A DNA stretch of 63,791 nucleotides, counting the filler, from Rhizaria sp. SCN 62-66 (Eukaryota): the NCBI GenBank assembly GCA_001724265.1. It is 5 parts of 5 records of this genome, joined end to end, with 100 filler letters (N's around TTAATTAATTAA, not from the genome) between each part and the next. Parts side by side here need not be neighbours in the genome. Positions count along the whole stretch, not along the records: positions 20,731 to 49,461 come from MEDY01000661.1; 4 more parts are not named here. One strand, written 5' to 3'. The translations under genes were made by a program, and so were the position numbers. The notes below the pieces were generated by a model. The model was not told where the DNA came from. It searched no databases and worked only from the letters and a program-made list of their open reading frames with translations. This document shows, piece after piece, positions 35,701 through 49,461 of this stretch; the first letter of the stretch is position 1, and every line of letters begins with the position of its first letter.

Positions 35701-38700
35701 GCGGAAGCCGAGCTCAGCGTGCGCGGCGGACGCGGACGCGGACGTGGTCGCGGAGGCCGCGGTGGTCGTGGCGGCCGCGTTAGCGCTGCTGCTGCCGCCG
35801 CCGCTGCTTCCGCGGCCGCGCTGCCCGGTGCCTACTACGACATGGCCGACACCGGCGTCGTGGTCGGCGCGCGCGGTGGCCGTGGCGGCCGTGGACGCGG
35901 TCGTGGCCGCGGCGGCCGTGTTGGCGCCCAGGGATTCGCCACCACCGCTGGCTCCGTTGGCGTCCTGCCTCAGTCTGGTGCAAGCGTCTCCGCCGACGGC
36001 GGCGTCGCGCTGTCCACCGCCAGCAACGCGCCGTGGCTGCTCGCCCCCGCGCCGCCGCTCGCGCCCGGTGACGTCTTTACGCCGCACCGGCCCGCGACGT
36101 ACTACGGCCGCTCGCTGACCGCCGCGGCGCCGGCTGCGGGCGTGTGGCTTGAGTGGATGTTGCCGCTGCTGCCGCCCGCGTCGGCCGAGGCCGCGACGTA
36201 CGCCGCCGCGGACACGCTGCGCTTCGCCGTCGTCGCGCTTCGCAAGCACGCTGCAAACGCCAACAGCGGCGGTGCTGCTGCGGCAACTGCGGCCACCGGC
36301 GCGGAGGTTGTGGCTGCCGAGGCCGGACGCGCGGGCCCTCTGACGGGCACCGCTGCCGGTCAGATGTTCGTAGAGCTCGCTGAGGTGCCCACTGTGACTG
36401 TGTTCACCGCTAGCGCCCCAGCTGCTTCCGCGCATGCGAATGCTTCCACCGGCGCGCTTGTGCAGACCAGCGACTCCTCTGCGGTCGACGACAGCACTGC
36501 CGCGGCTGCCGCGTCGCGCTCATCCAGCAGTGCAAGCGCGAGCGGCACTGCGAGCGCGAGTGGCGCTGCGAGCAGCGCGTCTGGCTCCGCGCTGCTGGCT
36601 GGACTGCCCACGCTGCGCCCGCTGTCCGCGGCGAGCGGCGCTGGCGTCGACCTGGGCGGTCTCTACAACCGCCCCGAGCAGCTCCAGAGCGTGGGCCGCA
36701 CGATCCCGCTCGCGCGCCTGTCGCCGCGCGAGATCGCCAACGTCATGGCCGTCCTTGCGTCGGCGCGCCAGGCGCTGCCGTGGGCCGCCGCGTCCTCCTC
36801 TACCGCAACCGCGGCTTCGGTGGCGTCCCCGAGCAACGCGCAGCTGCCCGAGGAGCCCAGCACGACCGGCGTCGACCACTGCGACCCGGAGGCTGTGCCC
36901 ATCCGCGCCGACGGCATCGACGCCGAGGCGGACACGGACAAACTTAAGGCCGCTGAAGGTTCCGCCTCTGCCGCGGCCGCCGCGCTGGCCGCCGCCGCTG
37001 CCGCGTCCCCCGCGCCCGCGCTGTACTGCGTGTGCAAGCTGATGCGCGACGACGGCGAGGCCATGGTGGCGTGTGACACGTGCTTGGACTGGTTCCACCT
37101 CTCGTGCCTCGGACTCACCAAGCTCAACGTCAAGAAGACGACGCAGTTCGTGTGCCCCGTCTGCGCTGCCGCGGCAGGCACGACGTACCGCTTCCGCTCG
37201 CGGCTGCCCATCACCTCGGCGCTCACACGGCCTAACTTTGTCGCCGTCGCCAAGGAGCTCGCCGCGCGCTCGCCGTTCGCGGCCGCGAACAAGGCCGCCG
37301 CGGGCATCACTGGCCGCGACCCCGTGTCGGGCTGGAACGGGTACTTGCAGACCATGGCCCGTATCTACGGCCTCGACATGCACCTTGCTGCTAACAACGC
37401 CTCTCACGCCAGTAGCATTACTGCGGAAACGAGCTCCGTGGTCGTTGCGAGCAGCGCTCTGTCGTCTGCGTCCACGGCAGCGTCTGTGTCTGCCGGTGGC
37501 CTAACCTTAAGTGCGATCGAGTACCTCTCCGACGTGTACAACTTCATCCACGCCGACGACGGCAACGCGGTTTTCTTCGCCCCCAATGTCGGTGCCACGC
37601 TCGCCTCCGCCCCTGCTTCTGCATCCGCGTCTTACTCCGCCGCCGGCGTCTCAGGCTCCAGCGTCTGTGACGCCACTGCCGCGCTCATCATCGCTGGCGC
37701 TGGCAGCTCCGGCGTGGGCGCGGGCGCGGGTGTGGCTGGTGCAGGCGCTGGCACCGGTGCCGGTGTCGGCGCGGGCGCTGGCGTTGGCGCAGGCAAGGCC
37801 CTGCTGCCGCTGCCGATCGGCGTGCTGCTGCGCGCGCTGTCGCCGGCCGTGCTGCCGCTGCTGGCGTCGTGTCCCGAGGCCGCGGCCGTGGCTGCGGCCG
37901 TCGACCGCGCGCGCCTGTGGTCCGCCGCGACGGGCGCCATCATGGCGACCCCCGCGGCGCAGGACGTGCTCGGCCGCGTGCGCGTGGGCTCGAAGCTCGG
38001 CGCCGCTGTCGCTGCAATCACTAACAACAGCAGTAACAGCGCTGTTAGCAGTGGTGATGCTGTCGGTATCGCGGCTGCTGGTGCGGGTGAGAGTGAGAGC
38101 AACGAGTGCGAGAGCGAGGGCGACAATGAGCGCGGCCTCGATTACGTCTCCGCGATGGTCGTCACTGCTGAGCCCCACCCCGACTTCACGCCCGCCGCTC
38201 TCGCAGTCGCCGCCCCGGCCAACGTGAGCAGTGAGCCGTGCGAGCAGGCCAGTGATGCGGAAGCTGTCAGTGAAACTGCGTCCTCTGCCTCTGCCTCTGC
38301 CGGGAGCACTGCTGCTCATAGCTTCACGTGGGTCTCTGCCGCGCCGCTGCTGCGGTCGCTGCTGCCTGAGGCCACGCTGGCGCACCTCACCACGCGCACC
38401 GACGCCGCGCACGCGCTCGCGCGCTCCGTCTCGCTGCTGCTGCGCGTGGTCACGGTCGCCACGCTGCTCGCCAAGGGTGACACCGTCGGTGTGTGGGCGC
38501 TGGCCAAGCGCCTCGGCCTCCTGCGTGCACGCGCAAGCAAGCGCAACGCTGCCCGCAAGGCTGGCCGTCGCGCCGATGCCGTGGCTGAGGCCGAGGACAA
38601 GCTCAACAAGGCCCTGTTCAACGCTTCTGCCGTCAGCTCTGGAACCAAGAACAAGCGCGACAGTGCTTGGAACGACGCTGAGGGCAGTGACTGTGAGTTC

Positions 38701-41700
38701 GACTTTGTTGGTGACGGCGACAGCGACAACGATGACGAAGCCGAAGCCGAAGCCGATGCGAATGCTGCTGACAGCGCGCTCGCGGTCGTCACGCCCGGTG
38801 CCGCTGCCAACACCAAGACGAAGACTGTGTCGGCACGCCTCAGCACTGCACCGCTGTCCTCAGCCTCTCGCGCGCGCATTGTCGCCGCGCTCGCCGCCGC
38901 GGGCCACCCTCTTGGCGCTGGCGCGGGCTCGGTTGAAGGCGCGCATGCGCTCGCGCAGCAGCTGCTCGTCGAGTCTTGCTTCGACCTGGATGCCTGTCTC
39001 GCCACTGCCAACAACATCAACAACAGCGGCGCGAACTCTGGCAGTGTCATCTCGTCTGTCCTCGCCGCGCTGCCGCGCACCCCCGGCGCGTCCGTTTCGC
39101 TGCTGCACGTGATCGTCCCCCTGCTGCAGCACATCCGCCACCTCTCTGCCACGCTGGCCGAGGACGCGCTCCACGACGGCGCCGGCCCCGCGGCCGCGAC
39201 TGCCCAGGCCGCCGCCGCGGCTGCCAACGCCGCTGCCAACGCCAACGCGGCTGCGACCGCTGCCGGCTCCGGTGGCGACAGCTCCGCGGCCGCTATGGCT
39301 GCTGCCGCGGCCGCTGCTGCCACCAAGGCGGCTCGCGGCAAGGGCGCCAAGGCTGCTGCCGCCGCCGCTGCGGCCGCTGCCGCCTCCGCTCCCGCTGCCT
39401 CTTCTGAGGTAGTGTCGTCCGCAGCCTCCGCAGCGTCCGCCCTCCCCGCCGCCCCCGCGGCGCCCGCGGCGGCGACGTCCGCGCTGTCCTGGCTCGCGCT
39501 GCAAGCGTACGGGCTCACCGCTGCCAGCGCGGCCGCGACCGCCAGCGGCAGCTCGGCCGACGGCATCGAGGCGTGGGACGCGCTGCTGGGCGCTGGCCGT
39601 GTGCCTGTGCTGGCTGAGTCCGAGCTGAACCGCATCTGGCGCGGCGTCGAGTCGATGATCGCGCTGCCCGCCGTTTACAACATCACAGAGGAGCCGCTCG
39701 CGCCCACCGCGGCCGCGGCTGCTGCCGCCGCTGCTGCGGCGGCGGCGACGGCGACTGGCGCGGCCGACGACGCCGAGACCGCGTCCGCCGTCGTCATTGC
39801 GGCGGGCGAGGCCGCGCACACGCTGCGCACCGTGATCGAGCTCGACGAAGACGAGACCGAGCACAAGAGCGACGCCGGCGACGGCGAGCTCGAGCAGGTG
39901 CGCGCGGGCCGCGAGGCCGCGACCGCTGCGGCCCAGTCCGCGGCGACCGAGGCCGCGGCGTCGTACCCCTTCGCGCTGCTGCCCACGGTCACCACGACGA
40001 CGACGACGACGACGACCACGGTCGTCACGACCACCACCACGACCGCTGCTGTGGCCGCTGGCAACGCTGCTGCTGTCGCTCCCACGAACAACAGCAGCTT
40101 CCTGAACGAGTGCGTGTCCGGTGGCATCATTGGCGCCGCGCCCCCCGCGACTGCGGCGCTGGCGCTCGCCGGCACGGCCTCGCTCGGCCTCGTCACCGTC
40201 GCCGCACCCACGCACACGCTGCTGCAAACGCACGCCGCCGTGACCGCCGCGCTCACCGCGACGGGCGTCCCCACGACTGCCCCCGCGCCAGTCGCGGCCC
40301 CCGCGGCCGCGCCTGCTGCGACCGGCGCCGGCGCTGTCGCCGTCGTGGCAACCGGCAAGGCCAGCTCGCGCCCGACCGCGGCTGCTGCGGCCGCCGCGGC
40401 TGCCGCGGGCGCGAGCGGCGGCGGCGCGTCGCTGATCTTGCCCCCCGCGCTCACCATCATCGGCCAGGCCCTCGTGGCGGCCGCCGGTGGCAGTGGCGGC
40501 GACATTGGCGCCAGCGTCGACGCGCTCATCGCCGCCGCGTCCTCTGCTGCCGCGGGTGCCGCCGGTGCTGCCGCTGGTGCTCTGGCAATGGGCGCAGGCG
40601 TCGGCAAGAGCGCCGGTGGTAGCGGTGGCAATAAGGGCCGTGGTGCTGCCGCCGCCGCTGCTGCTGCTGCTGCCGCCGCTGCTGCCGCTGCCGCCGCCCC
40701 CACCGCCGCAGCTCTCGCCGCCATGGGCCTGCCCCCGTCTGCGACTGCCGCGTTCGGCTCCTTCACGCGCTCCCCGGCCACGACCACGAACCTGCTGCCG
40801 AACCTGCACGGCAACGCCGCCGCAGCTGCCGCGACGGCCGCCACCGCCTCCGCGGCCGCCGCGGCTGCCGTGCTGGCCGGCGGTGCTGGCGTCGGCGCCG
40901 GACTCGCGTACGCCGCAGCCGCGGCCGCTGGCGCTGGCGCTGGCGCGGGTAGTGCGATCACGTTCCTCACGCACACGGTCACTGCGGCCGCTACGGCGTC
41001 GTCCTCCTCGTCGTCCTCGTCGTCCTCGGCCGGCACCGCGGCCAACGCCGCCGTCGCGTCCGCGGGCGCGGGTGCTGGCGCCGGCGCGGGCGCGGGGTCG
41101 CTGGTGCTGCTCGCGGCTAGCTCTGCCTCGGGCAGCCACCCCGCCGCCCCCGCGCCCGCCGCGGCCTCCGGCGCCTACGCCGACTTCGCCGCCGTGGTCT
41201 ACGAGGCCGCGCGCGCGATGGCCACGGCTGGCGCGGTCGCTGAGGCCACTGCCACGGCCAACGCCGCTACCTCCGCCGCTGCGAACAACAACGGACTCAA
41301 CGCTCTGTGCGCGCTCCCCGAAGCTTCGAACGCTGCCACGAGCAGTGCCAGCGCTGCACACGGTGCCGTTTCTGCTCGCTCCAACGCGAGCGCGATCGCG
41401 TCACCGTCACGCCTGCTGACTGCGCTCACCGCGTCGACTCTGTCCGCGACGACGGCGCTGCTGCGCCACGTGCAGTCGCACGTCACGGCCGTCGCCGCCG
41501 CCACGCTCACGCGCGCGCGCCTGAACCTGCTCACGCAGCTCTACTTGGCGTCGCTGCACATCCACGTCACGCTGCCGCTGCGCCCCGCGCTCGAGGCCAC
41601 CGTTGCGGCGTACGGCGAGGCCGCGCGCGGCGCCTGTGTGGCGCTCGCCGCCGGGGCGCGCGCGGTGCGCGCGGCCGCTGCCGACGCTGGCGCCAAGACC

Positions 41701-44700
41701 GGCGCGCTGGTCGGCGCGATGCGCGTGATCGGCGTCGCCGGCACTGACGCACTCGCGCTCACTCGCCCGTCGAACAATGCCAGCGTCAACGCCAGCAGTG
41801 GCGCCAACGCCGGCGCTGTTGTGGCCGCGTCGGTCGCTGCGTCGGCGGCGTGGGTCGCCCGCGGCGGCGTGCCGTGCGGCGCGACCGTCGAGCTCGGCGT
41901 CGACTGCTACAACGGCAACACCTGCAATGACAACAGCAGCGGCCGCACCACTATCGCGCTGAAGCAGACCGGCGCCGGCGTGCCTCGTGTCGCGCTGCGC
42001 GTTCCCGGCACGGCTGAAGCCACTGCCGCCATCGCCGCCGCCGCGGCCGCCGAGGCGGGCCACGCGGCCAGTGGCTCCGGCGCTGCTGCAGGCAGCGGCT
42101 CCGGCAGCCACAGCAAGCAGCCGTCGCGCTCGCGCCGCTCCGTTGCCGCGGCCACGGCTGCAGCTGCTGCTGCCGCGGCCACCGCCGCCGCGTCGGCCGC
42201 GTCCGCCGCTGCGTCGACGCACAGCCGCGACGACGCGTACTCGCTCGAGTACTTTGGCCCGCTGTCGACGCTCGACGTGGTCAACGCCGTGCTGCGCCGC
42301 GGCGAGCAGGCGCGTCTGGCCAAGTCGCTCCGCATCCGCGCGCTCCGCCGCTCGCTCTCTGCCGCCGCCAGTGCTGCTTCCCCTAGTACGGCTGACCGTA
42401 TGGACGACGGCGACGATGATGAGACCGGCGCTGACGGTGACTCCACTGTCGCCGCTCTGCGTACCGCCCTCTTTGCATCCCCCGCTTCTGCAGCGTCCGA
42501 GTGCACCGCGGCCGACGCCTCGCCCCTTGAGCGCGCGCTGCTCAGCCCCGCGCTGGCGGCCGCGTCGACCGCGGTCTTCGCCGCGCACATGTCCGCGCAG
42601 CTCGCGCTCGCGGTGCTCGGCCTGTGGGCGCCCGCGCCCGCCGCGGCCGCCGCCAAGGGCGCTGCGTCCGCGCTCGTGTCTGCGCCCGCTGCCGGCGACG
42701 ATAGAGGCAGCATCGATGACAGCGACTCTGTTGATAAGCTCAGCGCGCTGTCGCACGTTGTCCTGATCCCGACTGCGCGCGCCGCCAAGAGCGGTGACGC
42801 GACGGCCGCGACTGCAACCGCAGCTGCGGCCGCGGGCCCCGTTGTCTACACGCACAACGCGCTCACCGCGCTCTCGCTCCCGCTCGCTGCCGGCGCGTCC
42901 GCCTCCCACGCAAGCGGCGGCGCTCACTCCAGCAGCAGCATTCACGCTGCTGACGACGATGAAGAGGAAGACGAGTCTGCCGCGACGAGTGCGGCCGCAG
43001 CCGTCACTGGCGCGGTCAGCGCGAGCGGGCGTCGTCAGCGCCCCGCCACGAAGCCCGTGGCGTCGTTCGCGGATGCTGCTGCCGCCGCTGAGGCTGCTGC
43101 TGCCGCGGATGCCGACGCCGCTGCTGCTGCCGCGGTGGCCGCCGCTGCGGTTGCCGCCAGCAGCGCGAGCAACGCTGCCAACGTCAGCGCGTCGTCGCTG
43201 CCTATGTCCGCTGCCGCCACCGCCGCCGCAGCTGCTGCCGCTGCCGCTAACACCGCGGCAGCTGGGACCGCCGCCTTGTCTGCGGCCGCCGCCGTCGCCG
43301 CGCGCGCCGCGTTCCACCGCGCGAGCCGCCGCCACGCGGCCGCGCACGCGCTCACGGTCACGCGCCTCAGCTCTGCCCGCACGCCGCGCGGCAAGAGCGA
43401 GAGCGAGCGCGGCGTGGTGTACCTTGGCGACTGCGGCATCAGCATCAACGACGCCGGTGCGCAGTGGCTCGACCTGCTCTTCGCGCATGCAATGCTCACG
43501 GTTACCCCGCCGCCGCCGCCCGCGCCCACGCCGCTCCCGCTTGCCACCTACAACATGTCCAGTGTGCGCGCGCTCGAGGCTGTGCGCTACGCCGCCGTCT
43601 TCGGGCTGTACGCGCACACGGGCGCCTACGTCCCCGTCGAGCCCGCGGTTCCCGCCTCGCAGACGTGGGGCGGCGACGGCGCGTGCCGCCCGGTGCCCGT
43701 GGTGGCGTTCGCGCAGATGCCCGCGCGCGTCCCGCTGCTCCCGGCCTTCCTGAGCGTGCCCGCGTCGCTCTCCGCCTCCTCCGCCGCCGCTGCGGCTGCC
43801 GTGGCCTCGGCCTGCTCGCCCGCTCCCACGCCTGCCTCTGCCGCGACTGCGGCCACTGCGGCGGGCGCGAAGGGCCACGCTGCCGCCGCTGCTGCATCGC
43901 ACACTGTGACGGCGTCGTCGTCGGCTGCTGCCGCCACTGCTGCTGCGGCCGCTGTCGCCGCCGCGGACGCCGCCGCCACTGCTGCCGTCTCTGCTGGTAC
44001 TGCCGCCGCGCCCGCCGCCGCCGCCGCTGCTGCCACCGCGGCCGCTGCTGCTGCTGCCGCTGCGGGCGTTCCCACCGCGCCGCTGTCGACCGGCGCGCTC
44101 ACGCTCGTGCCCGGCAGCAACGGCGCCGCGCCGGTGCCGGTGCCCGCGCTGTCCGCGGCGTCCGGCCTCGGCGGCGGCGCGGGCCTCGCGTCGGCCGCCG
44201 TGCCCGTGTGCCTGGTCGGCGGGCTCAGCCACCGCGACCTCTCGGCCGTGCAGCAGGGCCGAAACGAGCTCATCGCCGTGCGCGTGCCTGCCGCACTCGC
44301 CGGGCTTGGCGTCGCCGGCCCCTTCGCGGCGCCCGCGCACGCCGGTGCCAACCGCGTCCGCGCCGCCGCGACCACCGCTGCGGCTGCTACGACGGCCAGC
44401 GCGAGCGGTAACGCCAGCGGCTCGGCCGCGACGCTGTCGCCCGCCACACCCATGGCCCCTGCCGTCGCTACTGTGCCCGCGGCGGCCGCGCTCTCCCCGC
44501 TGCTGTCGACGTACCTGCTGTCCACGGCCGCGGTCACGGACACGCTCGTCGCGCAGTCGTTGATGCTTACGACGCACTTGCGCCGCCTGCTCGATTCGCC
44601 CGCGCACGTCGCCAGCCTCATCACGGCGCTGCGCCTGTGGGCCGCGCGCGCGGACCACCTCGCCGTGCCCGCAGTCGCCGAGGCCGCCGCGCGCGTCGCC

Positions 44701-47700
44701 GCCGTCGTGCAGTGGGGTGTGCTCGAGACCGAGCTGCTGCGCTCGCTGCCGGTCATCGCCGCCGGCGCGCCTGCGGCTGCCAACGCCGCCGCCGCGGTTG
44801 CTGAGGCCGCTGGCGCCGTCACTGCGGGCGCCACTGCGGTCGCGACCGCGGCCGCCTCCACTGCTGCGGCCGCTGAGGCCGCTGCGGCCGAGGTCGAGTC
44901 CGTCGCGGCGTTCGCGGCCGCCAAGAAGGAGGCTGCTGCCGCTGCGGCGAAGGCTGACGAAGCCCAGGCCAAGGCCGCAGCTGCCGCCAAGGATGCCGCC
45001 GCCGCTGCTGCGGAGGCCGCTGGCGCTCTGCAGGCAGTCGCCGCCGCCAACGCCACGCTCGCTGCCGCCACGACTGACGCTGAAGGTGCCAACGCGGCTG
45101 TTGCCGGCTCAGCTGCGCCCAGCGTTGCTGCCGCTGAGGCTGCGCCTGTCCCTGCTGCTGAGGCTGGTGCTGAGGGTGCTGCTGATACTGCTGCCACCCC
45201 TGGGTCTGGAGAGCCTGTGGCTGCTCCAGCTGCTGGGGTTGATGCTGCTGCCGCAACCGAGGCCGCCTCTGCTGCTGCCGCCGCTGTCGAGGCTGCGACC
45301 GCAGCTGTGGCTGCTGCCACCGCCGCGCACGCCGCCGCTGCCACCGCTGCCGCGGGCCGCGCCGCTGCTGCCTCGATCTCTGCGTCCGCGGCGACCGCGG
45401 CTGTGGCTGCCGCTGCGAACGCCGCCTCTGCCGCGGCGCTCGCCGAGGCCGTGTCGCTCGACGCCGCCGCGCACACTGTCGCCACGCGTGACTACGCCGC
45501 GGCGACCGCCGTCGCCGCCAACGCCGCCGCCAACGCCGTCACCGCGACGGCGCCGGTGCTGGCGTCGCGCACCTCCTCGCCCTCCGCCACGATCGACGCC
45601 GTCGCGGCGCTGATGTCGGCCCGCGCCGCCGCGTGCCGCGGCGTGGCGTCACCCGTGACGCTGCAGCTCGACCGCGAGGTCGCGCGCGTGGCGCTGTGGC
45701 GCGCCGCGTACGGCGAGCTCGTCAAACGCCGCGTCGCTGGCGCGCTGTTCGAGGGCCTCGCGGCGCTGGCCCGCGGCGTCGGCGGCATCGTCGTCGACGG
45801 CGGTGACCGCGCGGCGGCCGAGGCCAAGGCAGGCGTGTACTGCGTGTGCCAGCAAGACGGCTGCGAAGCCGCCGACGACGTCATGGTCGGCTGCGACTAC
45901 TGCAGCGACTGGTACCACCTGCGCTGCGTGAACCGCCCCGTCAAGCCCGAGTCACCGCCCGTCTCCGCGGTCGCCTCGCTTACGGTCGCGAAGCAGGCGA
46001 TGACCGACGCCGACGACGACGGCAACTCCAACGCGGCTGGTGCAGTGGCGATGGGCGACACCGACTTCGCCGCCGCCGCCGCCGCCGCCGCCACCTCTGG
46101 GAACAGCAGTCCCAAGGCCAGCTCGCCCGACACCGACGTGTTCGAGTGCCCGCGCTGCGCGCTGGCCCGCGGCGCGCCCTACGCGCACGGCCACGTGCCG
46201 GCGTTGCACGACCTGCCGCCGCTGCTGTCCGCGCCCGCGCTCTCCACGCTCGCGCCCGCTGCAGCGGCATCTGCGGCCCTTCAAGCCAGCAGCATCGCGC
46301 CCGCTCACCACAGCATCAACGCGAACGTGGGCCACATGAACCCGCTGCACGCGCTTGCTCTGTGGGCCGCGCCGCGCGCGTTCCTGCGCCACGTCACCGG
46401 CTCCACGGCGCCGCTCGCGTTCCCCGCGCTCGCCGCTCCCGCGGGTGGCAGCACCGGCGCTGTCGCGCAGGGCAGCGAGGCCGTGCTCAGCGCGTACTGG
46501 CTCGGCGCCGTCACCGCGCGCTCGTACCCGACCGTCGCCGCTGCGGGGGCCGCGCACGCGCGCAACAAGGCCGCCGCAGCCGCGCACCAGTCGAGCAAGC
46601 GCACCGCTCTGGCCGTGGCGCCCGCCTCCGCCGCCGCCACTGCGTTGGCTGCCGCGACGTCGTGGTGCCCGCTCGCCAGCGCTGACGGCGGCGAGAGCGC
46701 TAGAGTATCTTCTGCCTCTGCCCCCTCTGCCTCAGCCTCTGCCTCTGCCTCCGCGGCAGGCGCCGGTGACGGCGTTGACACCAAGGAAGAGGGTGAGGAA
46801 GACAGCACCGCGGCCGAGAGCGGCGCCGGCAGCGAGGGCGGCGGCAGCGGTCCGCAGGGCCGTGCCCGCGGCCCGCTGCCGATCCAGCTGAGCGAGGTCG
46901 CTTTGATGTGCGCGATGCTCGACCCAGCGTGCCCCACCGCGTTCCCCGCGCTTCGCCACGCCGCAGCCGCCGCGCCGCTCACGCTCACGCTCACCGCGGG
47001 CGGCAAGACCGGCGCCGCTGCTGCGACGGCGGAGAGCGGCGACGTCGCCGCGCCGCTGGGCTGCTTTACGGTGCCCGGCGCGATGGCCAATCTGCCGATC
47101 TCGACGCTGGCTGCGGCTGCGACCGCGGGGTACAACGCCAACTCCGCGGCCAACACCGCGATCGCCTCGCGCACCGTCGGCCCCGCAGCCGCGACGCTGG
47201 CCGCGGCCGCTGCAGCCTCCGCGGTTGCCGGCGCTGGCTCCGGCTCGCGCGCGTACGTCACCGCGTTCTCGGCCGAGTCTGCCGCCGCCGCTGCCGCGGT
47301 CGTGGATTTGGACGCCGTGACTGCGCTCGCCGCCTCCGCCGCGGCCGTGCCCACGCCGGCGCACCCGGCCGCCGCCGCGCTCGCCGCAGGCGCGGGCGCA
47401 GTTGACGTCTCGCTCTGCGGGTCCTCGTTCCAGCGCCACTGCCCGCTGTCGGTGTCCACCGCCACCGCGGCCGCCGCCGTGGCGGGGAACGCGGGCGCGC
47501 ACAAGGTGCACTCGATCGCGGGCGCGCGCGGCAACGTCGGCGCACGCGGCCGCCAGCCCGTCTGCGCGACCGAGTCCGCGCACTCGGGCCAGCGCGGCGC
47601 GGGCCCCGCGGCGGCGCTTCAGTCGCGCTGGCTGTCCACCGCGGCCGCGCCGCACGCGCACTGCAACACGCTTGCGCACGGGACCTCGGCGGCCGTCGTC

Positions 47701-49461
47701 GCCGCCGCCAGCGCTGCGACCGCTGCGGCCGGCCTCGGCCACAGCGCTGCGAGTGCCAGTATGGGCACGTTCGGCGGCATGAGCGGTGCCGGGCTCGGCG
47801 TCGGTGCGGGCTTCAACACCCTCATCATCACCGCGCCTTCGCCCGCCAGCGCCGCCCCGGGCTCCCACACGGTGGGCGGCGCGGGCGCGATCGCTGAGAC
47901 GCTGGCCGCAGCCGCGCCGGGCGCCGCCGCGGCGTCGTCGACGTCGAGCACCGGTGCCAGCGCGCATAGCCACAGCCACGGTCACGGACACGGTCACGGA
48001 CACCGTGGCGGAGGCAGCGGCGGCGCGGCTGCGTCGTCGGCCTCGGCCGCTGCCGCCGCGGCCGCGGCCGCCGCCCTGCCCGGCGCGCGCAGCGGTGCCG
48101 CCAACTACAAGGCGCGCGCGCAACACAACAGCCAGCAGCACCAGCAGCAACAACAGCAGCAGCAACAGCAGCTTGCCGCAGCTGCTGCCGCCGCCGCCGC
48201 TGTCGAGGACGCCGGCGCGCTCACTCAGGCTGCGTCTAACCGCATCCTGAGCCAGGCCGCGCTGCTGCAGACGCTGGGCTTCACGCCGCCGATGGTAGCC
48301 GCAGTTGCCGCACATGCGGGCAAGGTCGCCGAGACCAACGCGCTCGCCGCCGCCGCCAACGCCGCTGCCACGCACGCCACTGCCGCCGAGGCCGCCGTGC
48401 CAGGCGCGGTCGCCGCCGCCAGTGCGAGCGCCGGCCGCGCGCGCGGGGGCGGTGCCGCTGCTGCGGCCGTGGCGGCGTCTGCTGCCGTGGCCAACGCCAC
48501 TAACGCCGCCGCTACGGCCGCCTCTGCTGCAGCAGCCGCGTCCGAGGCCGCTGCAGCCACTGCGGCCGCGGCGGCTGCGCCCGGCGTGCTGCCGGGCCTG
48601 TCCGAGCTGACCGAGGCCGCCGCAGCAATAACGACTTTCTCCAACTCCGGCGTCACCGCGCTCGTGCTCACGCTCGAGACGCTGGGGCTGGACGAGGTGG
48701 AGCTCAGCACGCTGGCCAACGTGGAGCCGCTCCAGTACGCCGCGCTGCTCGCGCGCATCACCAGCGAGGTCGGCCACCACCTGTCGACGTCCAATAACGC
48801 CGCCGCGGCCACCACCCTGGGCCACGGGCAGGCCGCCGCGGGCGCGCAAGAGGGCGAGGCTGAGGCTGAGCACAGCGGCGCTGCGGCCGAGACCGCCGGG
48901 GAGGCTGACGCCTTCTCCGCTGCAGCGAACGCCGGTGCTGCTGGTGACGCCGCTGCGGCTGCGCCTGTGCCGCAGCAGCGCCTCACGCTCTCCTTCACCA
49001 ACTCCACGCCCGCCGCCGCGGCTGCTCCTGTGTACGCGCCCACACCCGCCGCGCCTAAGCCCGCGAGCGCGCGCCGCGGAGCCAAGGCCGCTGCCGCTGC
49101 CGCGGCCGCTGCCGCCGCAGCCACTGCTGCCGCTGCGGGTGGCGAGGTCGACGGCTACGCGGCCGGCGCCTTCGCGCCGCCCGTGCCTGCGCCGATCACC
49201 ACGCCCGCGCGCGGCAAGCGCGGCCGCACGTCTGCCGCCTCCGCCGCCGCCGCTGCTGCCGCCGCCGCCGACGCCGCGACCGCCGCAGCCGGCCACCACG
49301 GCGCCGAAGACGGCGCGGTGGGCGCTGGCACAATCCACGGCAGCTACTACGAGTCCGAGGTGTCGAGCCACTACTCCGCGCCGACCCCGCTGCACGCCCC
49401 GCTGGACGCCGGCGCTGACGGCGAGGACGCCGACGGCGACGCCGCCGCCGCTGCGGCGGGG
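20731..49461 (+). CDS. Giant Ala-rich chromatin protein (at least 9577 codons, open at both ends) with PLU-1-like helical segments and two PHD fingers; KDM5/JARID1-like C-terminal architecture
   Basis: A single frame is open across the whole segment with strong GC3 bias. PLU-1-like ARGWHGRVRHLL...LEDIQALEAEA...AGAWVAAVR and further W-x-x-x-A repeats are present, plus two C4HC3 fingers and RG tracts. No JmjC domain is visible, but it could lie in the gap. Confidence 0.75.
37021..37164 (+). other. PHD finger 1 of the giant ORF
   Basis: LYCVC...MVACDTCLDWFHLSC...FVCPVC, a canonical C4HC3 pattern with Y/M/W aromatic-cage positions. Confidence 0.9.
45835..46158 (+). other. PHD finger 2 of the giant ORF, with a long insertion
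   Basis: VYCVC...MVGCDYCSDWYHLRC-(73 aa)-CPRC. Confidence 0.85.

Noticed and set aside
20946-49395. Many long antisense and alternative-frame ORFs (e.g. 41407..44658, 46732..49395, 29745..31997)
   Set aside because: They are shadow ORFs from GC-rich, GCN-dominated coding sequence and show no domain motifs.
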